A stretch of 62,181 nt of DNA, the filler included, from Vannella sp. (Eukaryota): the NCBI GenBank assembly GCA_023345925.1. It is 7 parts of 7 records of this genome, joined end to end, with 100 filler letters (N's around TTAATTAATTAA, not from the genome) between each part and the next. Parts side by side here need not be neighbours in the genome. Positions count along the whole stretch, not along the records: positions 8,582 to 17,240 come from JAJQQN010000781.1; positions 17,341 to 36,288 come from JAJQQN010001443.1; 5 more parts are not named here. One strand, given 5' to 3'. Positions 12,399 to 25,000 of the stretch are shown here, in pieces. Below the pieces are notes generated by a model that did no database searches, had not been told where the DNA came from, and saw only the letters and a program-made list of their open reading frames with translations. The number at the start of each line of letters is the position of its first letter. Position 1 is the stretch's first letter. The position numbers and the translations under genes were made by a program.

Positions 12399-15300
12399 TT
12401 AGCGGAGTAAGTTGGCGCCTTGCATGACCTTGACGGAAGATACGGATTCGTTAAGAGCATTGCCCAGTCCCTTTGCAACTGAAATGAGTTGGTCCTCAGT
12501 GTCAGCGTCCTTGTCTTTGCCGCTAGCCGCCTTGACGGCTGTGAGAATCTTCAGTTGAACCGAAAAGTTCTTCATGGCTTGCATGGAACGCATCAAACGC
12601 TCCTTTGTACGTGGATCCTTGCAGCGGTTTGCATAGTCACTGAGGAGTTTGTGGAGCTCGTTAATGCGCTGGCAGGCATTGCGACCGGCCATGACCATGT
12701 TTTGACGGTTTCCTTCCTTTGCTGAATCTGCCAAACCGGACAATTCCTTGGCAATGGCACGGATAAGAAGAGTGACTGGGTCGCCATCTCCCAAATCTGA
12801 TAGGTCCAGATGATTGGCGATGTTGTCAGCCACGGCTTGGATATGCTCATAGAAGGTCACTGGAGCTGGCTTGACCTCCACCACTGGCTTCTTGATATCC
12901 TTCAAGAAGTCATCAATCGAGCACTCAGCCCGAGCACGGGCCATGTTGCGGGCAGTCTGAGAGTACTTATCGAGAGCTGCTAGCTCTGCATCCAAGTTGA
13001 AGTCACTTCCCTCCAAGTTGAGTCCATTGATAAAGTCAGCCAACGCGCGGGCCCCGTTCAAGAAGCGCTGGGGATCCATGTTGCCTGATTGGAGTCCGCG
13101 AATGAGAGCATTGGCCAAGCGTCGGGCCTTGTGAGCATTAGTGTCCTCCTTGTTCTGCATTGTGTCTACAATGCGGTCCATGGCGTTCTCCATCTTCTTT
13201 GTATGAACTGCCAGAGCTGATTGGGCTTGGGCATCTTGAGGAGCATTGGCAGCACGCCGAGCAATCTCGTCCAACTCTTGATTGAGTCGCTCAAGGTCAT
13301 TGGCAGCAGAGTTCAGCTTTTGAGCGCGATCTGGGTTGCTTGCACATTCGCCAGCAGCATCACGCGCTGCCTGGACAAGGCGTTGGTTCACTCCAGCAAT
13401 GGCAGGGAGAATCTGCTCAGTACCTGCCACATCTCCCCTGCGAGCAGCATCTCTCAGTTGCGCCAAAAGCGCAGCTTCACGTTTGCGATTAGCATCTGCA
13501 ATGTTCTCTGGCGTTGGCCGGAGGGTGGCTGTGATTTGGGCCAGAGGAGCACGCATACGCGCGGTGGAATCAGCCAATATCTCCTTGTTTTTCTCACTTC
13601 CAACATCGCCCAGAACGGTTTTCCCGTTGTTGATGTGCTCAGGGAGGAGCTGGTCCAACTCTGCGAGCGCATTGAAGATGTTTTGCTGGGCTCGGGGATT
13701 GGGAAGGGTAGCGGCAGCCTTTGTAGCGGCTACTCGAAGAGCTTGCTGAGTGGCAATGACCTTGCGGACATCGTCAGCAGAAGCGGGATCTCCCTTCTTG
13801 ATGTGCTGTTCCATCTCCACCAAGGCACTGTCTTCCACCTGTGCCAAGGCAACAGCATCAGCCTTTGTATCAGCTAGTAGAGCAGCAATCAAATCGGACG
13901 CCTTCTGAATGTCAGTCATAGCCAGAGTTTGCTTCACTTGGTTACGAGGATTCGCCGCTCCGTCTCTACAGTCCGTATCAAGGACGGGCATGAGTCGCTC
14001 CATAGCAGTGATTGTGTCCAAAACCTTCTTATTGAGGGCTGGGTCACGGATTTCTCCAGCTACTTGCCTGCCCTCCTCTGTCAGAGTGTCAGCGTGGCGT
14101 TGAACTTCACCCAGAGCCTTGACAGTGTTAGGAATGTCTCCAGCTGCGACAGCCCGACGCAAGCGGTCGAGAGCCTCCTGCCCAAGACGCGCAGCATCAG
14201 CCAGGCGCTGCTCCTTTGTGCTGATAGCGCTGTCGGCCAAGATGCTGAGCTCGTCCCGCACATCGTCAGCAATTGCATAGAGTCGCTTGCGGGCAACTTG
14301 GTCACGAGGATTGGCTGCCACTGCTTGTGCCTGCTTCAGCGTTGCAGGAACCAACTCATCTAAGGCAGCTAAAGCTCCAGCAACACGAAGCTTTGCTGCA
14401 GGATCTGGCAATTTGTCTGCCATTTTGCTGGCTTGTGCGCGGATAGCCTTCTGGTTCTCCAACATCTCACGCCCAGTCTGGTCTACGCCAGACTTGTCAC
14501 CCCGGTCTGCTTGACCAAGCAAGCGATCCAAAGCCTCGTTCTGGCCACGAATCAAATTAGCCAACTTTTCACCCTCTGAATCAAGCATGTCCAAAGGCAA
14601 GCCGTTGAGAATGTCAAGAAGACGCTGCTTGGCCTTCTGGTCCCCAGGATTAGCTGCTGCATGCTCAGCCGTCTTGACCAAGTCAGCAAGCAATCTGGAT
14701 AAGTCTCCACCTCCACCAGCAGCTCCACGAGGGAGATCTGGATTATAGGCAAGTGGGTCAGCAATGCCAGCGACTAAGCCTTCCATTGTGCGGACAGTGT
14801 CCTTGAGAGACTGTCTAGAAGCATCGGAAGGCTTCAAGATGAATGCGTTGGCTTGTCCCACACATTGAGGCAGAAGATTCTCCAGTTCTCTGGCATCATC
14901 AAGAAGCTGCTTGCGGCGCTGAGGGTTCTCAGTGCGTTGAGCGGCTGCCTTGATTTGAGGAACCATCCGCTTGTGACGGTCTGCGGTATCCTTGACAGAT
15001 TGAGCCACAGCAGGGAAATCGCCTTCATCTGCAGCATTCTTGACGTTGTGCAAGTTGCTGGATTGAATCAGACACTCTTTGAAGAGACCAGCATCAGTAT
15101 CTGCAACCAACTTGTCAACCAACTGCCGGATTTCGTCTGTCTTCTGGTCCAAAGCAGCCTTTCGGGCACCATCGCTTGGCCTCTGAGCAAGAGCATTTGC
15201 GTCGTTCAAAGCAGGGCCCAAAAGTCGGTCGATTCTGTTGACAGAATCAAGAATCTTGGCTTGCTGTCCGCGGTCCTTCTTCTTGGCAATCTCTTTGGCA

Positions 15301-17062
15301 ATGTCACCGAGGTTCTTGGTGTTAGTGAGAAGTTCGTCAGCAAAGCGAGCAGTATCGCGAGCGTTTCCACCCCCTGCAGCCTGGCTGAGGTTACCAAGCA
15401 GGGTCTTCTCCTTCTGGGCGGCGTCAATCATGTCCAACTCGGGATAGTTCTTCGCCATTGTGGCTGTTGCTCCCACTTGATCCTTCATTGTATCCGTCTT
15501 CTCCTCCAGCTGCTTCATTGTCTTAGCTGAAGGGTTGAGGATAGCTTCTTTGCCTGCCAGAAGCTCATGAGGGAGCAAACGCTCCAACTCATCAACAGCG
15601 TCCTTCAGCTGGCGCTTGCGGAATGGGTCAGTCATGCGGTCAGCTTGTGCCCCACAGAGACCTGCCAGAGTCTTGTTCTCCTTCGCTAAAGCCTTGGCAG
15701 CTCGACCAAGTAGGTCCGCATCACCAGAGCGGGCAGCATCCCTGAGGTTCTCAAGATCTTCACACTCCTTCCTGGCACTTGCCCCGATCTCTGCGTTGGT
15801 GTCCTTACGGCAGAGGTCGAAGAGGCGCCCAATGGCAGCATCCAACCGATCATGAGCCGCGTCAAGGTCATCCATACTGTGAGGGTCATCACGATTGCGC
15901 ATGGCTCGATTGGCAGCACTCTCGTAGGCAGGGAAGCTTCTCTCCAGGTCTGCCTTGGCATCAAGGAGCGCCTGGCGCTCTCCAGGGTTCGTCCTGTTCT
16001 TCGACTCCATTGCTGCCAGCTGAGCCAGTCTATCGTTCAAGAGCTTGGCGTTCTCCAGGTCCTTGCGGGCAGCGCCATCCTTTCCCATATCGATGTCATC
16101 GAGGAGGTTGTCCATCTCCTGGCGCTCCTTCTTGGCTGTAAGCATCATATCCTCTGAGAATCCTTGTCCTCCAGCCTCCAACTCTCGAAGGCTTCGCATC
16201 ATGGCAGCGCTTCGGTCCTCAAAGTCATCACCAGCTCCATCAAACTCGCGGTCCATGTCCTTTAGGGCAGTGATGGTACGGTCAATGGTTCCCTTGCTCT
16301 GGTTCAGGTCGTCTGTGACCTTCTGCTGAAGAGAGGAGTTAGCAGGGTCGCGAAGAAGCTGGTTAGCGTCGTTGATAAGTGTGGTAGCACCTTGGTTCAA
16401 CTCATTTGCAAGGCCCAACAGCTCCTGGCGCTTCTGTGGAGGAGCTTCCTGAGCTTTGCCTCGCACATACTCTGCTAGTTGGTTCGCTTGAGTTGCTGCA
16501 GCGCCAGCTCTCTCAGCAAACACCTTCCCGTTGCGCGCAGCCGAAGGGTCGACAAGAGCCAAGGCGTCGAGAGCCTTTTGTGCAGCACGGAAGACACGCT
16601 CTCTCTCTGCTCCATAGACGATCTGGAGCAGACGGATGGTCTTGGCGGACATGTTCTTACAGGAGTTGACGAGGGCCTCCCATCCGCCTTGTTTGTTGCT
16701 GGTGGTCATGAGAGACTTCAGTGCTGTCTGTAAGTGAAGTGCAGACATGCGAACGGACTCTGCTGCCTCCTCAATCTCGGCACGGATGTCTGGGTACTCG
16801 GAGAAGTCCTCCACCGCCAAGGCCATGGCGACTTGGTGGAGGCGTGAAGCAGAGTCCGTAACGATACCAACTCCATTGGGCAAGGCTGGAGGTGGGTCTG
16901 CGTTACGCTCCTGCAAGATAATGACCATCATCATCAACTGCGAGATAGACTCCGACAACGCTTCGATAATCTGCTCCACTGCCCTCCTCCATTAGTCCTC
17001 CCTCCAACACTATCACCCCCTCGCATACCAATCTGTGAGATCGTGATGTCTGCGTCCGCCAT
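12399..17062 (-). CDS. Vinculin/alpha-catenin family protein, elongated (~1537 aa)
   Basis: All-helical repeats and a vinculin-tail motif CKDPRTKERL..SVQLKILTAVKA. Short first exon MADADITISQI joins in frame through intron 16979..17028. Confidence 0.85.
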
Positions 17063-17240
17063 CCTCTGCAGAAAGGGACGAAAAAATGAACAGGAAGCCT
17101 GTCTCGAATGGGAACCCCCAAACCCATAAGCACCCAAAATATCTCCGCCCAAAAGAGATTCTCTTCTTTGAATGGTCTGGTCAGATGGTCTTCTTCTTGT
17201 CCTTTGAGCAGGCATCGTTTGCCTCCGTGGAGAGTAAGTG

Positions 17241-17340
17241 NNNNNNNNNNNNNNNNNNNNNNNNNNNNNNNNNNNNNNNNNNNNTTAATTAATTAANNNN
17301 NNNNNNNNNNNNNNNNNNNNNNNNNNNNNNNNNNNNNNNN
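17241..17340. other. Artificial contig spacer
   Basis: N44-TTAATTAATTAA-N44. Confidence 0.98.
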
Positions 17341-17581
17341 GACGAACAAAAAACATCAATAGAAGTCTCTTTCCTTTGCCACAAAGGCTGGGGAAGATGC
17401 CAGAATTGGGATATTGTCACTAAGAGTGACTTGGGATGATTTGAAGTGACCCATTAACAAAGCAACAAATCAAGTGAGATAGATGTGAACTTCTGGGGCT
17501 TTGACAGGGGTTAGATAAGTAATTGTCTCGCAAAAAATGATTTTGTGAACGGGTTTAAGCTGAAAACTCCCCTAAACCCTA

Positions 17582-18482
17582 CTAGACCAGCGAACAGGAA
17601 TCATTGATAGCAGAATCTATCTGTTTGAGATAGCAAGAGAGTTTCCTTGCTATCTCAATAGCTGCTCCATAGTGGAGCCGAAGAGGAGACCAACAAAGCC
17701 TTGCGAGACTGTCAGGACGAATCGATCGAAACATCACCTCAACAAGCTCTGGAGCTTCTCCCAAACAGTACCAGCGTGGAAACAAGGTCCAAGTATCTTT
17801 GATCTTGATGAATGGCGCGTTGAAATGAAAAGCTGCCCACAGAACCTCTGGTCCAAGAAGATCTCACCACCCGCTTGTGCAACACTCGTCCTGCTTGTGC
17901 TCTGACGATTCCGTGGCAAAAGAAAATCGTCTTTGCCAACCAAAAACATGCTCATTCACAAATACAGACAATTTATTACAATTAACAGAATACGATACAA
18001 ACACTGCGGCCTCAAATCTTCCAAGAGGCCACTTGGGAGCTGAGAGAGTCCACTCTCCTTGTTCGAAGTGAAGAGGGTTTCTTAAACTTAGACTTGCCAA
18101 TCAGTGGTGAGTGGACTCGAGGAATGGAGCGACTAAGAGATTGGGAACTTGATGAGCTTCGGTGCTGAGAAAGAGAAGTGGTCTTCAGAGCTTGCGCTAG
18201 CATTTGGTCAACAAAGAAGCGGCTTTCCAAAATCTTGACGAGGTCTTGGGTGTGGCGGACAGCAGCCATCAGGTCCTTTCCTTGGGTCATCATCAACACG
18301 TCGTCCCCTTCCACAGTCTTGAACTCGAGAATGGATTCAGAAACTGGTAGCATGTTTGACGGTAGTTGAGGAGGGAGGAGTTGTGTGACCTCAGCCATGA
18401 AACATCGAATGAGCTGAGAAGCGATGCTTTGGAAGACTTGCAACGGAAGCAAACTTTCCGAAAATCCCATAAATGGGCACAT
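17582..18482 (-). CDS. Hypothetical spliced protein, boundaries uncertain
   Basis: Several protein-like minus-strand ORF pieces (18012..18482, 17864..18100, 17582..17785) divergent from the VPS9 gene; no family recognised. Confidence 0.35.
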
Positions 18483-18615
18483 TTCACCTGTATAGTTTGG
18501 TCCGAAACTCTTCCAACCCTCTCCTTCTTTTCTGTAAGTTAATAATAATATTGATGGAGAAAAAGATGGAGGAGAGGGAGGAAATGAGTCGGAGGCTCAA
18601 CGGACATTCGCGACG

Positions 18616-21600
18616 ATGGAGCCTACGGCCGGTTCCTCTCCTCCACTCGCACGCAAAAACGCCTCTTGGGAGCAAGTACTCCGGCAAAAGGAGACTCAGC
18701 TACGAGAGCATGAGCTGGAACTGCTCAAGTTTCAATCACAAATGACGGAAGTGTACAGGCACTTGGCCGAGTGGCGTTCCTTGGCTTCTGCCTCTTCTGA
18801 AGGGACTCTTGAGGCTCTCTCTGTACCAGAGTTCCCTCCTGAAGTGATCACTCTTTTAGAGAAGTATCACCGCCCCGAGAGAGGAACGGAAGAGGCACCC
18901 TTGTACCCTGAATTTCTCTTCCCAACCAGCCCGCTTCTTCCTGCGTTTGTGGGCTCAGAAACACCACTAGAGGTTCCTTCAATAAGCCCACAAGATGAGA
19001 AACTGATGAGCCTCATTGAGGAGAGCTCCAAAGCGCATCAAGAGCAGATGGAGAAGTCAGGAAGTGGAAAGATCAAGCCTCTCATCCTCATTGATGAGCC
19101 AGTCACATCTGCAACGAATAGCCCCAAAGCTGTACTTCGTTTGATCACCCCCCTGACCTTAGCACCTGAGAAATACGACTCGGAGACGGGTTTGAACCGC
19201 TCTCATGACGAAGGCCACCCCCTTACACCCTCGGGCGTTTCCAAGAAGATCAGCGGCCACAAGAAGTCCCTCTCTCATGCTCAAGAAAGTTTGCACGCTG
19301 TAGCTGCTTCCCCGCCGAAGAACGAAGCTTCTCTAAGCGCGCGAGGATCTGACATCATGGACAAGCTGGTAAGGGCAGTGGCACGGATCTTCCTCTTGAA
19401 CTCATACTCTCTCTGGTAATAGGGAGACTTGAGTAGCTCTTTGGGAGTCAACAGCGGGGGCTTGTTCGAGGATGAAGTCGCTCCAAAGCCCGACATGAGC
19501 GGGATCAACAAGATCATCAAGCAGAACTCTGGTAGCCGCGTCCGCGTGACTAAGGAAGGAGGTAGCCCAAGGATATCCGTCGCTAGAACGTCAACTGTTA
19601 GCTCAGCTTCCCTGAGCTTGTCTGCCAGTCGGCCCCTCAGCGAGACGATACCTCGGACTAAGAGTTCTGCGGACCTTCAACAGGCGCGGGAGGAGGCCTC
19701 CAAGAAGCCAGATACTTCATTGAAGAGCAACCTGCCTCAGATCAACGAGGATCACTTCCCAGCGGAGTTCATCAGCATCTCCAAGCGCATCAAAGGCCTC
19801 GATCGGATCCTCCAGCCTTTCCGCGTCCTGCGCTTCAAGTTCAAGGCGTTTGTTGAGCTGGAGGCAATCCCACCAGTTCCTTCGTTCACCAGCAACACTT
19901 CTTTCCTGTTTGGCCGGAGGGCTCCCAATCCGGGTGTTCCCAAGAAGCCTGTGTTTGTTCTCACCAAGTGCCTTATCATCCTCTTCGACGACGTGCTTTG
20001 CATCTGCTCTGACCGCAAGCTGGAGGTCCGTCTGGCCATTGTGGACACGTGGATAGACACGGACATTCCTTGGGGAGGTCCCACAGCGGCCCCTGGCCAT
20101 TTTTTGTTCCTTATTAGCACGCCAGAGGTGTCTTATAGATGCTACCTTGACGAGGAGTCCAAGCTGCAATCGCTGGGACAAGTTTGGTCTATCACACTTA
20201 ATGCCCGACTGATTCAGGAGGATAAGTACATTGACGATACCCGGCGCCTGCTGGCTTTCGAGTGTAAGACAGGAGAGTATTACGAGGGGGAGTGGAAGTC
20301 ATGCCTTTATCACGGCAAAGGGGAGCAGCGGTTCCCTTCTGGAGAGTATTATGATGGGTACTTTACCCACGGGAAGCGCAATGGCTTTGGGACGCTCATT
20401 CTTCCCAATCAACAGCGATATGATGGTTATTGGAAGATGGGCAAGAGGCATGGCAAGGGGACAATGTACTATACCACAAGCGACCCCATTGCCACTAAAT
20501 TTGTGGGTCAGTGGAAGGAGGATCAGCAGCATGGCGACGGCGAGCTCTTCTTAAAGAACGGAAACATCTTAAGGACTGTTTGGCGCTTTGACGTGCCAAC
20601 CTCACCTGCTGTTCTTCTAATGGATGAGAAGCGCACAAGATATGTTGGTGACTTATCGGAGGGATACTTGCGCGATGGCTTTGGTGTTTGTGTGCTGTCC
20701 AACGAGGACCGATATTATGGTCACTGGGTTAGCGATAGCCGACATGGGAAAGGCTTTTACATTACAGGCAAAGGAACTCAATACCACGGCCAATGGATGG
20801 ACAACCGCATGGACGGGCAAGGAACTCTCTGCTTCGGCAATGATGAATCTCTTATCACGGGCAAGTTCCATGGCGACATAACGGTTGGAGCAGTCAAGGT
20901 AGATGGTGAGTTCAGCCTCAGCCGATATGACGCCCAACAACGCATCTCGACTCTCCAAGGATACAAATGGCACTGTCTCTTCTCCATGCGCCTTGCCCAG
21001 TCAGTCGCTACAGAAGAAGGAATCGCCCTAAACGAAGCGCTCGCCGATTCTGTGGCCCGAAAAGCTGACAAAGAGATCGAACAAGACCTCTTCAATATCT
21101 TCCAATGCCGCAATCACCCTTTAGGCAAGCTCGTCACTGAGTTTACGAGTATCTTACGCGCTCTTTACAACAAACCAGAGCAACTCTTCATGCAGCTCCC
21201 CTCTGCAGTGGACGATCTCCGCTCCTTCTTTAACTTGCACAGTTTCATTTCCGGACAACTCAAATGTCAATTGAGTGCGGATGCTTGCGGGCGGGCCTTG
21301 CAGAGTGTGATCTTCCCTGATGTGTATGAGATGCTTATTACTATGTATCATATCACCCACGAGGAGAAGAACCAGCTTGTTAATGATAAGATCCGCACTA
21401 TCCGAGGATTGCCCCTTCGCCAGCGCATGATTGTTTGTGGGATCGATCCTGCGCACTGGGAACGCATTGAACGGTCGGTAAACAATGATATGAGCCTGAA
21501 GACACACGATCTCAACCCTTCCCCGGACGACGCGCCTTACCAGACAGCCGTTACCTCTCTTCGATCCCTCACAGTCCAGCGTAGCGTCCACAAGAAGCTC

Positions 21601-21948
21601 GAGAAGGTCAAGATGGCTGCCACACGGGTTGAGGTACTACTGAAGGGTCTAGTAGAGCAGTTCGGAGCCGACGAGTTCCTCCCCATGTTCTGTTTAGTCT
21701 TGATGGAGGCGGAGACGCCGAACCTGCACTCGGAGTGCGCCTTCATGGACGACTTTATTGAGGATTCCCTTCGCTTTAACGTGAACGGCTACATGCTCGC
21801 TCAACTGCAGATCGCTACGGGCTTCCTGGTGAGCTGTAACATCCATGCCAAGCTCGAGAGCAGTTGCGATGTCAGCTGTGACGACCACACAGACGAGGAC
21901 GCCTCTCCTTCAGCAAAGGGAGGTGTTCGCAGGCCACGTCTTCCATAA
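18616..21948 (+). CDS. Alsin-like PH-like/MORN-repeat/VPS9 Rab5-family GEF
   Basis: About 8 MORN repeats (YEGEWK..YHGKG, YDGYF..GKRNGFG) and VPS9 motifs FGADEFLPM and GYMLAQL. Intron ~19369..19436. Confidence 0.9.
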
Positions 21949-22015
21949 AGTAGCTTCTGGTCCTCGGCTAGCCTCCGAAAGAGTCACTTTTTAGCCGCTC
22001 GTTGTCACCGGCGGG

Positions 22016-25000
22016 ATGAGTCTCTTCCGTGCGGTCCGCTCGCTTGTTGGGCGGTCTCGTGAGAGCGGAGAGGCACCTCCACCAGAATCAGGGAACCTAA
22101 CAGCACATCGAAGGTCCTCGTCTGGTCCCCGTGGGCGAGTGGAGCTGAGCAGCGAGGAACAGAGCAAACTCGACAAACTCAAGAGTCTGTGGGCTATTCA
22201 CTCTAACTTGAGTGAGAATGAACGTGATGGACACTTTGTGAAGGTTCTCAGTGCCTTTGTGGCTCTCTACAGGGAGAAGGAGCTGGCTTTCGCCATTGAC
22301 ACCTTCGGCGAGCGCTATCTCAAACAGATGAGCTTTCTTGTGGCCAAGAAGTTCGTCCGAGATGTCAGAGTAGCGTGGAAGGTTAATCTTCCAGCCGAAT
22401 CAAACTCCAAAGGCCTCCTGAAGATGTTAGGAACAACGGGAGACGAGAACGGCGGGTATGACTCGCTGTGCGCTCTGGAGATCCTCTGCTGCAATGTAAG
22501 ATAGAACTATCTCTCTGAAGGGCTTGACACGCTGCTCACATCACGGGGAATCTGACAGGGCGTCAATGTGGACGTTGCGGTCGATGTTGGAGTTCCTTCT
22601 ACTCTTGTTAAGCTGGTGCAGCAGCTCCTTTCACTACCTGCTGGATCAGAGAAGTCCCGGGGTACGTCTTGTTGCTTCCAGATGTCGTTTCGACCATCAA
22701 ACTGACACGATCGTAGAGCATGTCGTTCCCAAAGTCATCTCCTTGCTGGGCAACATTGTGGCCTTCAGGAGCGCTGTTATGGAGCTTCTATCAACAGATT
22801 CACTCGCTCTACTCTTCAACCTGATCTCTACTCCTTGCCCGGTCCACAATATCCCTCATAAGCAGCGGTTGGTGGCCTCTTAGCTCTCATGTGGAAGTCA
22901 TAACACCGCAACAGAGTCCTTCAGATCATTGATGAAACGACCAAGGTCCACACTGACCGAGAGACGGTGGACTACTTCCATGCCAAGGTGAGGCCAAGTC
23001 AGGCTCCCAAGTGAGGGACTGGGACTCACCAGGACGGTCTGGGGACTCTTCTCAGTCCACAATGAGGTTCCAGGTAGTGAACTTAGGAGTGAACAAGATG
23101 GGATTGGGCTCGCAATATGTCGTGCAAGCATTTGTAGTGATTGTGGATTGGGTTAATGTGAGTTTGCTCTCGAATGGCTCGATGAAGGCATCACTCAGAC
23201 GCCTCTGCAGCGAACATGTCGGGTATCCAATTATTTGCTGCGGGAATTCATGAATGCAGGGGGCTACCGTGTCCTGGGTGAGACTCTGGCTTGGTTGGAG
23301 ACACAAGAGGGAGGCAGCTCTTTCCTCGTAAGTGCATTTTCATTCCTGCTTGATTCAATCCAGGTCTCACTCGTATCAGTTGGAGCTGTTAGACACTATT
23401 ACATCCTTAGTTTATGTGGGAACGGAGGACCTGGAAGTCCCTGCCAGTATTTCACCTTATAATAATCCTGTCATTGCCTCAATGACGCTCGAGCAGACCA
23501 AAAGCCCAAGTGTGAGGAATGTGTTGGCCTTCCAAGTGCTTCAAAGTCACTTTCTCGAATCAAAGGAAACAGAATGCCGTTCGAAGATTCTTGACTGCAT
23601 CTTGTCGGTTTATGCGTCAAACTATCTCAATTTCCTCTTGCTGCAACAACAGCACACGCTCGCACATTTTATTGAATCCTTTGAGACTCTGCCGTTCAAA
23701 CTGATGGATGGCGTTCTGCACGTTCTCACCTTTGTAGTGACTGTTGTTAACTATGTTCCCTTTCAGGAGCTTAGTAGCCTCAGTTGTCTTCTTTCCAAGC
23801 CATCAGCAACCACTGTGGTGCTTATCTTTCAATTAGTGACGAAGCTGGTGAACTTTGACCGTAAATACCGTCAGATACTTCAAGAGGCAGGTCTATTGCA
23901 CATGCTCCTCACTCTATTGCGCCAGTACCACGGCCAGATGGCTTCCGTTCTTCCTGACCAGTTTGTGGTTTGGCGAGAGGCTGTGGGAGAGTGGAATCCC
24001 ACCGAAGAGCCTTGTCTATCAACATTTACAGTCGCAATGGATTGCGTCACTCTCCTCCTCTACCAAGAGCCCGAGAACATCCACATATTCCGATCTAGCG
24101 GTTGTCTGAACCTTCTTTTCACTTTCATTTATCATCGTGACACTCGAACTGCTGCCTTGAGAGTCATCCAGGAACTCTTTAGCGCAAGCGAGGAAGAAGC
24201 ACCCGAGGACATTGATTCTCTCGTTGAGATTTTACAAACATCCACTTCTCGCAATCAAGAACTCAAATTGGAGGTTCTCCAGACACTTCAACGCATTCTC
24301 CACGCAAGCCAGCGCGCTGTGGATTGTTTCCGCCGTTCTGGGGGCTTTGTGTGTCTCGTCTCTCTCCTTGTGGGACTCGGATTAAGTTCCGCTGCCCGTG
24401 GGGAGGAGCCAATGACTGAGGAGGAAGCTGAATGTTGCACTACAATGATCCGAGCTATTCTCCGGACAATGACAGCTGCAGTCGTGAACCATCCAGCCAA
24501 TCGCACGTATCTTCGCGAGCAAGTGGTCGGAACGCTTCGCGGGGCAATCCAATTAGTGGGTATCTTAACCACCTCCCACGCATTTGAGGTTCTGGACGAG
24601 TTACTGAGTGTCGCCACGGAGAATTTGAGCACACTTTGGGAGCCAGAGAAGCTTCTCATCTACAACCCAGAGGTCCTCAAAGTGATCTTTGAGTTGTTTC
24701 CACTCACACAGGGCGAGGTTCGGGTGATTATCATGCAGCGGATTCTCCAGATAATCGGGTTGGGAAGGCGAAATCAAGAGCCTCTTTGTAGTATTGGACT
24801 TCTTGACTTTGTCCATCGCCAGTTCCAGACAACTCTGCAAGACTCCTCTCATCCTCAACAAGCGCTCTTCCTTTCTTTCATTGAAGAGCTTGCTTCGCAT
24901 CGAATCACTCCAAAGGAGCTCCGGGAGTTTGTCAGCTCCTTGCGAGAGCCAGCGACTGCTCCTGCCCTCCTTGCTTCACTCTTTAGAATGGCACAGCAGG

